Positions 35,641-46,300 of a DNA stretch of 63,357 nucleotides are shown here, piece after piece. Below the pieces are notes generated by a model, which did not search any database, was not told where the DNA came from, and worked only from the letters and a program-made list of their open reading frames with translations. Source of the DNA: a virus (taxonomy: Duplodnaviria > Caudoviricetes); the IMG/VR virus record IMGVR_UViG_3300025000_000098, positions 1 through 63,357 of that record; one strand, 5' to 3'. Positions within the stretch are counted from its first letter, which is position 1, and the number at the start of each line of letters is the position of its first letter. Both the position numbers and the translations under genes were made by a program.

Positions 35641-35843
35641 ACTCCCCGGACGTAAAACCCTGCAAGAGGCATAAGGTAGTGATTGATGGCGAAAATTTTT
35701 ATCTCATCGTCGGAGACAACTGGGTCCGGGCCACAACGCCGTATGAGAACCGGCCGGAGAACCATAAACTGAGGGTGATCGTCGACACGCTGTGCGCAGC
35801 GATTACCACTGCTCAAGGTGGGCGGGAGGAGGATGAGGGATGA
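35637..35843 (+). CDS. Hypothetical protein
   Basis: RBS AAGGAG; coupled. Confidence 0.65.
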   Translation: MNSPDVKPCKRHKVVIDGENFYLIVGDNWVRATTPYENRPENHKLRVIVDTLCAAITTAQGGREEDEG

Positions 35844-35998
35844 TTAAGGCATTTATTGTAACCCTTGGGGTACTTGTCTTCATGTTCGGTTGTTTGATCA
35901 GGGGCGGAATATCTGACGACGAGGTAAGTTGGCAACTACTCCTCTTGACTGCTGTCGGGTTTATTATGATATTCGTCGGCGCATATTTTCCTAAATAA
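35840..35998 (+). CDS. 52-aa membrane protein
   Basis: Two hydrophobic helices; ATGA overlap. Confidence 0.6.
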   Translation: MIKAFIVTLGVLVFMFGCLIRGGISDDEVSWQLLLLTAVGFIMIFVGAYFPK

Positions 35999-36194
35999 GG
36001 AGGACGAGCAATGACCTGTTCGTCCAAAGAATGAAACGGCGGCGGTGCCGGAAGAAAGGGCATGAGTGGGTGTCTGAGGAGCCGGGGCGAAAGCACTGCT
36101 CGAGGTGTAACGCTGTAAGCGTCATGTGCTACCATAAGTTCGGTGCGACGAGATACTCTTGGAGAACATTTTATATTTGAAGGAGGTGGAAGGG

Positions 36195-36380
36195 ATGATT
36201 CATTTGTGGAGAATACTTTTGATTCTGTACATCGGAGGAAACGTAATCTATGCGTCGGCCTTCGTAGGCGAGATGCCTGACCTATCAGAACCTTACCAGT
36301 GGGACCTCCCTTGGGTCCTGTTAAGTTTTTTGGGAGTCTCTGCGTATCTCGGGTACCTTTGTGGAAGGAGCGAAGAATGA
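36195..36380 (+). CDS. Small membrane protein
   Basis: RBS AGGAGGT; two hydrophobic helices. Confidence 0.6.
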   Translation: MIHLWRILLILYIGGNVIYASAFVGEMPDLSEPYQWDLPWVLLSFLGVSAYLGYLCGRSEE

Positions 36381-36592
36381 CGACTGAAGTCACTGCCAGA
36401 CTCGAGAACTGGGGTTTCCTCGGCAAGGCCCTGTACGGCGAGGTCTACGAGGATAAGAAACAGCGGTGGAAGGACGGCCATCCGATCAAGTTGTCACGGA
36501 TCACCGTGACGCACTGTCGAGGACTGCGGGAAGGGATGATCGTCAAAACCTTAAATAGTTCCTATTTACTGGGAAAGGAGGCGGGGGAATGA
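36377..36592 (+). CDS. Hypothetical protein
   Basis: RBS AAGGAG; coupled. Confidence 0.7.
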   Translation: MTTEVTARLENWGFLGKALYGEVYEDKKQRWKDGHPIKLSRITVTHCRGLREGMIVKTLNSSYLLGKEAGE

Positions 36593-36807
36593 TACTGAAT
36601 ATAAAGATTGAGACAAACAGTAAGGGACTAAGCTGCTCTGCAACGGTTGACGGCGCAGACGCTTTCAGCAATGTAGAGGCCAACACCTTCGCCATAGGTG
36701 CTTTGGAGATAGCAAAGTCGTCCTTGATGGCGCGTCGATGGGGAGTGAACATCGGGACACCTCTTGTCGCACCGCCCGAGAGCACTCTGGAGGAGGATAA
36801 GCCATGA
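36589..36807 (+). CDS. Hypothetical protein
   Basis: Coupled ORF. Confidence 0.6.
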   Translation: MILNIKIETNSKGLSCSATVDGADAFSNVEANTFAIGALEIAKSSLMARRWGVNIGTPLVAPPESTLEEDKP

Positions 36808-37664
36808 AGATAATCAAACCGAGCGTAGAGTTTTTTGGGGCGGTGCCCACAGACTACGAGAGTGCCTTGAAGTTCATCGAGAAATGTGGCCGCACCTGTT
36901 ATAAGTCAGAAGACAAGATTACTGAAAATAGTGCTGAAGGATTTGTCCGGAAACTGATCAAGGCCGGGCATCTGGCTATGGTTGAGCACTCGAATTTTGT
37001 AATAAAAGCAATGTTTACTCCAGGAGATTTACGTCCATTCTTAGAAATGGGTAGATACTTAAATATAGTATCTCATCGACACGAAACTTACGTAGGCGGT
37101 AACTGGACTGCATGGTTCCAAGCTGTAAAATGTGATAAAAGTTTGTTTAAGCCATTTATTGATACAGTAGGAGTATTGTTTGATATGCCTGCTTCCTTAA
37201 TGTATGGCTATGCAGATTATTGGAAAGTCTGTCCTGACGATGAAATCCCCAAGGAACTCCACCGCTACTCAGCAAAATTCATCTGTGATCGCGGAGTCAG
37301 TCATGAACTAGTGCGCCATAGGCCGTGTTCTTTTGCCCAGGAATCAACCAGGTATGTGAATTACGGCGGCAAGGATATGGAATTCATTGAGCCTTGGTGG
37401 TGGGATGGTTCTGAAGATGAAGAAGAAAGAGATTGGATGGAAACATTATTCAGATACGATGAGGATTTATATAGATCACTTATCTCCTATGGACGCACTC
37501 CCCAACAAGCCCGAGCCGTCCTGCCCAACGCCCTGAAAACCGAGATCGTGGTCACAGCAGATGCGGCCGAATGGGCTCATATCAGGAAGCTGCGGACGGC
37601 GAAAGCAGCGCACCCGGACATCCAGAGAGTAATGAACATGATGCCTTGGGAGACCTTCCTGTAA
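36804..37664 (+). CDS. thyX: Flavin-dependent thymidylate synthase
   Basis: GH...EH, RGVSHELVRHRPCSFAQESTRY, ARAVLP. Confidence 0.95.
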   Translation: MKIIKPSVEFFGAVPTDYESALKFIEKCGRTCYKSEDKITENSAEGFVRKLIKAGHLAMVEHSNFVIKAMFTPGDLRPFLEMGRYLNIVSHRHETYVGGNWTAWFQAVKCDKSLFKPFIDTVGVLFDMPASLMYGYADYWKVCPDDEIPKELHRYSAKFICDRGVSHELVRHRPCSFAQESTRYVNYGGKDMEFIEPWWWDGSEDEEERDWMETLFRYDEDLYRSLISYGRTPQQARAVLPNALKTEIVVTADAAEWAHIRKLRTAKAAHPDIQRVMNMMPWETFL

Positions 37665-37850
37665 ATGGAAACCAAACAAATAGAGGCAGCGATCGCACTG
37701 GCCGAAACGATGATCATGCGGGCGAAGGGGCACCTGCTGGCCCGGCAGGTAAAGTCGAACGTCAGGCACCATAAAACGTCCCGTCTGCTGCTGGCAGCGG
37801 CGACAGACCTGACCGCGCAGATCATGAAAATGAAACATTATAGAGGATAA
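37665..37850 (+). CDS. Hypothetical protein
   Basis: ORF abutting thyX. Confidence 0.55.
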   Translation: METKQIEAAIALAETMIMRAKGHLLARQVKSNVRHHKTSRLLLAAATDLTAQIMKMKHYRG

Positions 37851-37861
37851 GGAGGAAGGGG

Positions 37862-38464
37862 ATGAGCGAAGAAGGTATACAGGCAGCGGTAAAATACGCG
37901 GAGCAGTTGGACGGATACTGGGACCTCCAGAAACGCGGTCCGTCAGAGAAAAAACGCTGCGCCCACGGAGTCTTTAAGTACGGGGAGTGCGCTGAGTGTA
38001 GGGAAGAACTGCGGGAGGCGGAGGAAGATGCGCTGATGGAGTCCGAAGGAAGAATTTGCAGCACACACGGATTTTTCACATGCAGCACATGCACAGAATG
38101 CAGAGAGAACCATCCACGACTGAAGAAACTGTATAATGAAGACGGCAGCAAGAAGGACGTTCGAGAAACTGAGTTCGCCCTCAATGCCAAGGAAAAACAC
38201 ACCCTCGGTGACTGCCTGGATGAGGCCAAGAAAACGATCTGTGGCGAGCGGCAGGATGTGTACGGCAGTCCGGAAGATTCATTTACGCTCATAGCCAATT
38301 ACTGGAACTCCTACCTGGCAGCGAAAGATGGAATGCTTTCCGCATTAGATGTAGCCCACATGATGATCCTGTTCAAGATGGCAAGGGTGCAGGGACAGGC
38401 CCCTTGTCGTGACAACTACGTTGACATCGCCGGCTACGCATCGATCGCCGCTGACCGGTTTTGA
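37862..38464 (+). CDS. Zinc-finger plus DUF6378-like helical domain protein
   Basis: Two C..HG....C..C motifs; RQDVYGSPEDSF..IA..W, KMAR, DNYVDIAGYA. Confidence 0.75.
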   Translation: MSEEGIQAAVKYAEQLDGYWDLQKRGPSEKKRCAHGVFKYGECAECREELREAEEDALMESEGRICSTHGFFTCSTCTECRENHPRLKKLYNEDGSKKDVRETEFALNAKEKHTLGDCLDEAKKTICGERQDVYGSPEDSFTLIANYWNSYLAAKDGMLSALDVAHMMILFKMARVQGQAPCRDNYVDIAGYASIAADRF

Positions 38465-38474
38465 GGAGGGAAGG

Positions 38475-39491
38475 ATGAGTGACTTAGGTCAAGACCAATT
38501 GCCCTGGCCGCAGACAATGGACGCGAAGATCTGGGCTGATGAGTTTTGCAAACGTAACACCGCGTCCGATCACGGCACGATGCTTGGATGGTTCGCCAAC
38601 GCCATAATGATTGGCTACGATACTGCGGAGCGACGGTTTCGGAAAGATGAGGCCTCGGAGTATTGCGCTCAACAGGCGGCCGAAGTCGCCGCTGATGTCA
38701 AAAACGACCAGCCACTGGCCGGCGTGCAGGTAAAGACGTATCCAGCAGAAAATCTCCGGGAGAGGGTCCTCGCAGAAATCAACACCGAGCGGGACCGGCA
38801 GGAAGTGAAGTGGGGGAGGCAGGATCATCAGCCGGAGCGATGGCTGTCTATCCTTGGGGAAGAGTTCGGCGAGGTCTGCAAGGCCATCTGTGAGGCCTCC
38901 TTCCCAGGCTACCCAACGACCGGCTACTGGTCGCAGTATCGCAAAGAGCTTATCCACGTCGCGGCCGTAGCGGCTGCAATGGCTGAGTGTTTTGATCGAG
39001 GGAGGGCGGTAGAACCTACCTACTCTACAGAGGTCGCGCAGGAAGACAGCGGTTACTGGTACGCTTGGGACTCGCACCCTGAACAGGTGGCGAAGTGTCT
39101 GCATGGGAGAACTTGGAATATTAACCGTCCTCCGTACTTTATGAAATGCCTTACTTGTGGCGCAAAGAAGAGAGAAGCAACGCGACAGGAAGTTCTCGAC
39201 GCCCATAACAAGAAGGCTGTGGCGGAGGCGAGGGAGATAGGTAGGGTAGGAACTTTTCGTTTCGAGGAGGGGAATGAAGTCCTCTACGGTCAAGACTTCG
39301 ACGTGTACCAGGGAGTACCTCCAGGAATAGATTTCGAAGTTACTTGGTTCACCAGTACCTCCTTTCGACTGTGTGCTCCTGGGTACGGTAAAAAGAATGA
39401 CTACGGCAACGGCTGTCTGTATGTGTACCCTCGCAAGGACAAAGACCTTTTCTCTCGCCTGAAAGAAGTAGCTAGGCCAAAGGAGCCTTGA
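38475..39491 (+). CDS. Multidomain protein with MazG-like nucleotide pyrophosphatase domain
   Basis: ERDRQEVKWG, ILGEEFGEV, KELIHVAAVA. Confidence 0.75.
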   Translation: MSDLGQDQLPWPQTMDAKIWADEFCKRNTASDHGTMLGWFANAIMIGYDTAERRFRKDEASEYCAQQAAEVAADVKNDQPLAGVQVKTYPAENLRERVLAEINTERDRQEVKWGRQDHQPERWLSILGEEFGEVCKAICEASFPGYPTTGYWSQYRKELIHVAAVAAAMAECFDRGRAVEPTYSTEVAQEDSGYWYAWDSHPEQVAKCLHGRTWNINRPPYFMKCLTCGAKKREATRQEVLDAHNKKAVAEAREIGRVGTFRFEEGNEVLYGQDFDVYQGVPPGIDFEVTWFTSTSFRLCAPGYGKKNDYGNGCLYVYPRKDKDLFSRLKEVARPKEP

Positions 39492-39492
39492 C

Positions 39493-39666
39493 ATGAGAGA
39501 ACAGCGAGAAGACGAAGACCGAAGGGACTACATGCTACTCGTCGCCGCGGAGTACATTGAGCAGCACTGTCCTGAAGGAACAACCAAATATGACGACGCT
39601 GACTGCGACGGATATTGCGTGGCGGAGGACTGTCGCATAGCGTCTGAGAGTGAGGAGGAGCCCTGA
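39493..39666 (+). CDS. 57-aa acidic protein
   Basis: RBS AAGGAG; YDDADCDGYC. Confidence 0.6.
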   Translation: MREQREDEDRRDYMLLVAAEYIEQHCPEGTTKYDDADCDGYCVAEDCRIASESEEEP

Positions 39667-39667
39667 C

Positions 39668-39970
39668 ATGAAAAACCTATTGACTTTCTTGGTAGCAGTC
39701 GCAGTGATTCTCGTCCTCGGCAAGATCGCCCAGAGCGCCTTCTGCTCGGCGGTCGACAAGTACGAATCCGCAGTAGCGGATACCTTCGGCCAGTGCCGGG
39801 ACTACGACGTGGTGACGGACGGCACGGTATTCACCATCAGGCAGGGAGTGTACGTCAGCTCCCTGTCGTTCGACACTGCCTGGGAGGCAGCAGCCGAGGC
39901 AATAAAGAGGAAGGTATCCTGTGAGGAAGATAAAGCGCATGAGAAAAAACAATGGAGGGAGGTGGAATGA
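39668..39970 (+). CDS. Membrane-anchored hypothetical protein
   Basis: RBS GGAG; hydrophobic N-terminus. Confidence 0.65.
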   Translation: MKNLLTFLVAVAVILVLGKIAQSAFCSAVDKYESAVADTFGQCRDYDVVTDGTVFTIRQGVYVSSLSFDTAWEAAAEAIKRKVSCEEDKAHEKKQWREVE

Positions 39971-40122
39971 TCTACTGCGCCTGTGAAAGAAGCAAAACCC
40001 AAGTGTGATGAGACCTGTAGCCGGTGGCCTGGAGAGGTAAAGCCGGAGCGAGTTGTCCTTGCTCCTTGGCCGAAGAAACCGAAAGGGCATAACTGGAAAA
40101 TCATGAAGAGGGAGGAAGAGTG

Positions 40123-40395
40123 ATGGGTTACCCAGTATTTGGTACGCACCCGATTAAGTGCGGCAAGGTAAATGGTCGGAAGCATAAGTGCACCTGGATG
40201 GGATATGAGACAGATTTAGTCCCTGTCCCTGTTGTTCCCGTACGTTCAGGTATGAAGTCCTCCAACAATGTCTGCCCAAAGTGCGGTTGTGCATCGTACT
40301 ACTTCATGGACAAAAAAGAAGCTGATAAATTTACTCTCTCACATACTCGGGAATCTCGTACTGACCAGCAACCAAAGACTCCCGAGGCCCAGTAG
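40123..40395 (+). CDS. Zinc-finger protein
   Basis: C...C and CPKC motifs; RBS GGAGG. Confidence 0.6.
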   Translation: MGYPVFGTHPIKCGKVNGRKHKCTWMGYETDLVPVPVVPVRSGMKSSNNVCPKCGCASYYFMDKKEADKFTLSHTRESRTDQQPKTPEAQ

Positions 40396-43300
40396 TCCCA
40401 AGGTCTCCGACAAGAAGTTTCCGGATGGCCGGTCGGATGTCGTCGCCGTTGATGCCGAAGCGAGGCATACTCCGGTTGAACGCGCGGACTCTCTCCAGCG
40501 CGGGTGAGGCGTCATCTCCCTCAACAAAAGCCTGCGCTGCCTGCCGGATAAGTTTACCTCTTCTCTCAGAGATCTTGGTCGAGAGTTTGTTCAGGCTGCG
40601 CTCGGCCGACTGCGCCTTGGCAATCTCATCAGCGTTGAAACCCAGAGCAACGAGAATGATCTCATCCGGGCCGATGGCCTCGTCAGCAAGCAGACGCTTG
40701 CCCTGCCCGTTCTTCAGCCCGTCAGTGCCTATCCTGAGCGCTTTCAGGCCATCCTTAATCGGCTTGGGTGTCGCAGCCTCGAGTCCCTTGAGGTAATTCC
40801 CCTTGTTGACGATCTCGTCGTAGCCCTGGAACCAGCCCTGGCCGACGGAGAAGATGGGGCCGAGCTGACTGGCAGCCCACCACGCCGCCAAGTTGCGGCC
40901 GTGCAGTCCGGAAGGGGGTTCGTTCTGCATCCCGTAAATCCCTGAGAGGCCGATACGCCCTGACAGATCAGCGCCGGCGAGGGTCGGCAGGCCGGAGGCA
41001 ACCACGTCACCGGCGGTCTCGCCCAAGGTCTCACGGAGCCAGTTGGTGTACATCAACTCAGAGTCGATCGGCTCATCGTCGTCGCCCAGCAGCAGGTTCA
41101 TGATGGAGAACACCAGGCCGGAGAGCGGCAGCCCCATGGTGCCGGCGAGAGCAGCGGACATCCCCATGACCCCGACAAGCTCTTTGGTCGCAGCCTGTTT
41201 CACTTCAGCGCTCTCGCCCTTCACAGCGTTTCTGAACAGCATGGCGAGGCGGATACCGGTCATGATCCGGTAGTGCTGGAACTGCAGGACGACCCGGGAG
41301 AGCCCTCCCTGCATGGCGCTGCCCTTGTTCTCTTTCGAGTAGGAGTAGAGGGTGTCGTTGACCACCTCGGCAATGGTGTTCATCGTGCCGAAGAAGTCCT
41401 GCCCTTCCTGCTGCGCAAGCTCGTAGGTGGCGAGGACCGTAGCCTTGCGGGAAGCAAGCTCGGACAGGCTCATCGGCAGCATGGCGAACTTAAAGGCCCT
41501 GTTCCACAAACTCTTCGGGTCTTTACCACGGGTAAGCTCGTAGGCCTCATGCGCTGCTGAGATGTCCAGCAGGTTACGGGCCATGGCCTCACGCAGGGTG
41601 ATAAGCTGCATCTGGTAGGGAGTGAAGGACTTCATCTGGCTGAGGATCTGCTGATCGGTGAACAGCCGTTCGCCCAACTCCTTGCCCCTGGCCTGCGGTA
41701 CGTTGCGGTTCTCGTCGGTAACGACTTCCCGCATGTTCTTATAGACCGTGTTGACCACCGGGTCGGCGAACATCGGGTCCCGGGTGTAGTCTTTCTTGAA
41801 GGCGTCCCGGGTGCCCTTGGCAAGAGCGGTCGTTGCCTTGCCGGCACCGAACATGGTCGAGAGTTTGGGCAGGGTCAGGACCCCAAGCTGGCTCATCTGC
41901 ACCAGGGCAATCGAGGGCGAGGTCATGTAGTAGGCGGTACCCAGCTTACCGAGGACGGAGGCGACAGGGCCGACCGAGACGGAGCGCAGGGCTTGGATAC
42001 GGTTGCGCAGGTCGTTCAGGATATGCCGCTGCAGGGTGACATCGACCATCCCAGGCTCTCCCTTGCTTTCCATGATGTCGTCGGACAGGCTCTTAATGTC
42101 CTGCTCGATCTTCTTGCCCTGCTCGGTCCAGGCGATGTTCGAGGCATGGCGCTGCATGTAGTCCAGGTAACTGCGCAGCATTTCCTTTGAGAAACCCCTG
42201 ACGTTTTTCCTCCTCACAGAGTTCTTCAGGGCGGAGGTCTCGGGCTGCCAGCGCAGCCAGATCTGGTTCATGTCGTCGGTGATGGCCTGCGCCCGCTCCT
42301 GCGCTGCTTCTACAGCGTCGGCGTTGTTCGGGTCTATCCCTGCCAGAGCTTTCTTCTCAACGGCCTCGGCCAGTTGCCCCATCAGCATCTGCGGGATCGC
42401 CACAGAGCCCCGAGGCTGCTTGTCCTTGTAGTCCTCTTTGATAGTGTCAGGGTCAACGCCTTCGGCGAGTATCACAGCCTTGTCTTCCCGGCGTTCAGCG
42501 AGCGTCGTGTAGTGTCGGACAGTGCGGAACCCCTCGATGTCAGTGTACTCCATGCGGAAGTCGCCGACCCTCGACAGGGGCCAGTAGGCTCCATGCAAGT
42601 TAGAGAAGGAGGCCTCGAACTGCGCCATCAAGTTCGCCCGAAGCTCGGAGCCCTGCGCAGATACCGACTCGATATAGGCCAGCAGGTTATTGCGCTCCCT
42701 GATCCGGACGGAGGCGATATGCTCAACCACCTTGATGTAGGCCTGCTTCAGGTCCTCGGTCTTGAGGGCGTCGTAGGCCTTGCGGGACTGAGTGTAGGCT
42801 TGAGTATATGACATACCGGTAGCCTGCTGCATCTTGGCAGAGACCCAGGCCTTCTGTGCGGCTTTGAGCCTGTCACTCTTGGTGCCGGACTCGGGTACCC
42901 ATGCCTGATCATACAGATCAGCCCACGGGGTGATGCGGTTGAACGAGGCGGTAGCCGCGGCGGTGTTGAAAACATCCAGGCCGGCACCCGCCTCAGCGAG
43001 TTTTTCCGCCTGCTCGTAAAGCACGGCCGAGGTGTCGACGATTTCTGTCTTGCTGGCCACGACTGCGTCAAGGTGCTTGGCGAACTGCCTGATCTGCGGG
43101 ATGGTCTTGCCGAAGGTCTGCACCAGGGTGTGCAGCGGGGTGACTGACAGCCACTGTGGGGCGTACTCAAGGTACTTTTCGTGGAGAAAGCGCTTCGGAT
43201 TTTTCAGTGCTTGGACGGCGGTGTCGAGCTTTTTCTGTCCGGCCTTCAGGGTGTCGTCGATGCGGGAGAAAAGGATGTCGGGGTCTGTGACCTCCGGGGC

Positions 43301-46300
43301 GGCAGGAGGCTGCCGCGCCCAAGCCTGTGTCCCTTGAGTAAAGAGAGCGGACATATCCGAGGCAGTCAGCCGACCGTGGGCGATACCCAGGCGGTAGAGC
43401 GCAGCCTTGATCGCTGAGATGACTCGCTTGAACAGCGAGTGCTCGTGGTTCTTTTTCTCCTGTAGCCAGTAGGCCAGACCTTCTTCGGTCTTGACGGCGG
43501 TGGGGGTGTTGGCCGGCACCTTAGCCATGGCGGCTTGGACCGTCGGTTCGGTATTGGCCAGTCGTTCGAAATCAGCGAGGATACTGTCCTTTTGCTTGAC
43601 GAAAACCTTGTCCTCTCTCAGTAGGGCGTGGGTGCCTTCGTGCAGCATGACATACTGAGCGTCTTCTGGTTTGATGTTGTCTGCGACCAGCACAACTTTC
43701 TTCTTACTGGCAAGGTAAACCCCCGCGATCTTCCGGGTCTTGGTGTACAGCGGTACCCCGGCCTCGGGCAACTGCTCAACCCCCTGCACCACCTCCAGCT
43801 TGCCCCGCCTGACGAGGTTATTGAACCCGTTCCCCAGGAAGTCCTTGAGTTCTTGCTCAACCTGCTGGGTTGTGGTGCCGGTGGCTTGGGTTTGGGAGAA
43901 CAAAACTTCTTCATCCTCAACGGCCGTCAGGGCGGCGTACTCAGCCTCCGGCATCCATGCCAGCTCGGACATCGCGGTATCTGGACTGTCGTCAGGATAT
44001 TTCTCCCGGTAAGCGGCGATCGCTTCGAAGGACGGAACCCTTTTAAAATCTTCTGAGACCCCGTCCTCTTTGATCACGGTGTCGATGTCTTTTGCAAGCT
44101 TTGCAAAAGCTTTTGGGACCTTCGGAGCCTTTGAAGAAGGCTTATTCGCTACTGACTGTGGAGCTTTGTAGTCAAACACTGACTGGGTCTGAGCGTCGTC
44201 GAAGGCTATGTATACCCGATGAAATCCGCTCGCTCCCCTGCGACCTCCACCAACATGCGTAATGCCGTCGTAGCCCATAGAGATGAGCCCATCCTGAACC
44301 TTCTCGGCACCTTCCCACATAGGGAGTTGTTCGTCTATTACAGACTCCTCCACTTGCCGGTAGAACTCTTCGTTCGTCGCCCCATCCTTCACCTGCGAGA
44401 AGTCGGCGTCTGGAAAAGCGCTCTCCCACTGCGCGCGCTCTCCGACCACGTCCATGTCGATAGGGTTCTTGATGTCCACATAGACTGGGTGGATGTTCGG
44501 ACTTCCCCCCTTGCCCTTGGTGGTGTAGCTCGACGATATCTCTGGAGAGTCGGTGACGTATGCGCCCTTGCCGAACAGCCCATGGTCGCCGATGTACGGG
44601 TCAATTTTCTTAAAGGCTTTGGAGGTTCCGTGGAAGAACTTCTGAGGGGCTCCGGTATCGTCGGACACTACTCCAGTGACAGGATTGTGGGTATATTTTC
44701 GTACCGCTTCTTTTGAGGCAGCGGTGCCTGGTAAGGGAGTGACCCCCTTCGGTGCGCGTGTCGATGGTTTGACAGAGGCGGAAGGAGTTGCTTGCGGTAT
44801 AAGCGCTTTGTCATTCAGGATAAATTCAACATTCCCTTCGATATTACGGAAAGATACAATATCATATCCGGCCTTCTTGAACGCCTTCATCCTCGCAGGT
44901 GTTAGGGTATTTTCTCCTGCACTTCCTAAATCCGCAGCAAACTCGGAGGCAAAGTTTTTGTCTTTGAGAACCTCCGCTGCCGTTTTAACTCCTTGGTCTG
45001 TATTGAGGTCGAGACGCTTTGCGGTTTCTGATATTACTGCGGTTTGCAGTTCTCCGCCGTCGCCGACAAACCCCTCGGCAATCCCTTTCTGGTCTGTCCA
45101 GTTTAGGCCGGACTCTCTGCTTATACCAAAACCTGGTCGAGTAGGCGAGGTTCCCCTAAAAACGTATTTTCGGCCTTGCTCGTCCCTTTGCGGGCGGTAT
45201 CCATGATCTTGTTCTACTCTGAGATCGTCTACGTCTTGAGGGACTACAGGCTGAGGGCCAGAATCGATTTCTCGTACCGCTTCCGGTATGCCTCCAGCGC
45301 TTCGGTCACTGATCTGGGCGTCGTTTGGAAGGCGTTCTGCTGCTGGGGTACTGGCGGCAGCTTCTCCAACATCTCGGACAACTGCTGCAGGGACATCGCC
45401 GACCCCAGAGGGGCTTGGTATGTTGATAGCATCGTTTATCTCCTCGTTGAGTATCTGCTGTTCAAGTTCTTGGGGCGAGGTGGTCAGTGGCTCAGGGGTC
45501 AGTGGTTCAGGAACGCCCTCCACCACTGGCTCGGGTCTTGGTTGTACAGCCTGAACAGGTTCATTGCTACTCGTTGCTTGCGGCTCAGTCGTCGGTGCAT
45601 TGGTCCTCCGTAAGTTCTCAAATTGATTTCTCCGCTTCCGCACGTCGGCCTCGTCCTGCACAGCCGTAGCCTGGTCAGCGAAGTCATACATTGTGTCGTT
45701 GAGCTCAGATCCAGCTTCGGTGTCTGCAACAGGCGCGTCCTTAATCTGATCAGCGTTCTTCCGCAGCCAAGCGAACTTCTGCCCGGTGTTCATCTTCTTG
45801 GCGATCTCAGCGAAGTCGCTCTGGGTCATACCTTCAGGCAACTGGTAATCGTACCGCTTCCCGTCCGGATTTTTCTTATCTTTGACCCGCAGCGACAACT
45901 GCGTAGGAGTGGCAGGGTCAGACAGGTCATCAATGGAGAACTGCTTCTTCGCCACGTCCTCGACCTTACCTCCGGCAGCCATGACTTTTGCAGCCTCGGC
46001 AACAGGCACCTTCATAGTGGTCGTGCTGTTCGCAGTCTTCTTGGTAATGGTTGCCTCGCCACCCTTGACGGTGACGGTCGTACCTTCAGGTGTGAGCTTG
46101 TCGAGCAGGGCAGCCTGCACAGTGTCCTTCTCTTTCGACTGCCTGAGCATCGGCCCCATAGCCCCGCCCAGCACACCGCCGCCAATAGCACCCATCGTCC
46201 CACCGAAAGCCGTATCAGTAAGGCTCTCCTTGGTAAGCGGATCGTCGCTACTGGCAAGCTGTTCTATCGGGCTCTGGACAAGTTCCTCAGCGCCTTCGAT

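Noticed and set aside
36804-39491. 2-aminoadenine or other base-modification pathway
   Set aside because: No PurZ, HD-domain dATPase, queuosine-pathway or glycosyltransferase genes recognised
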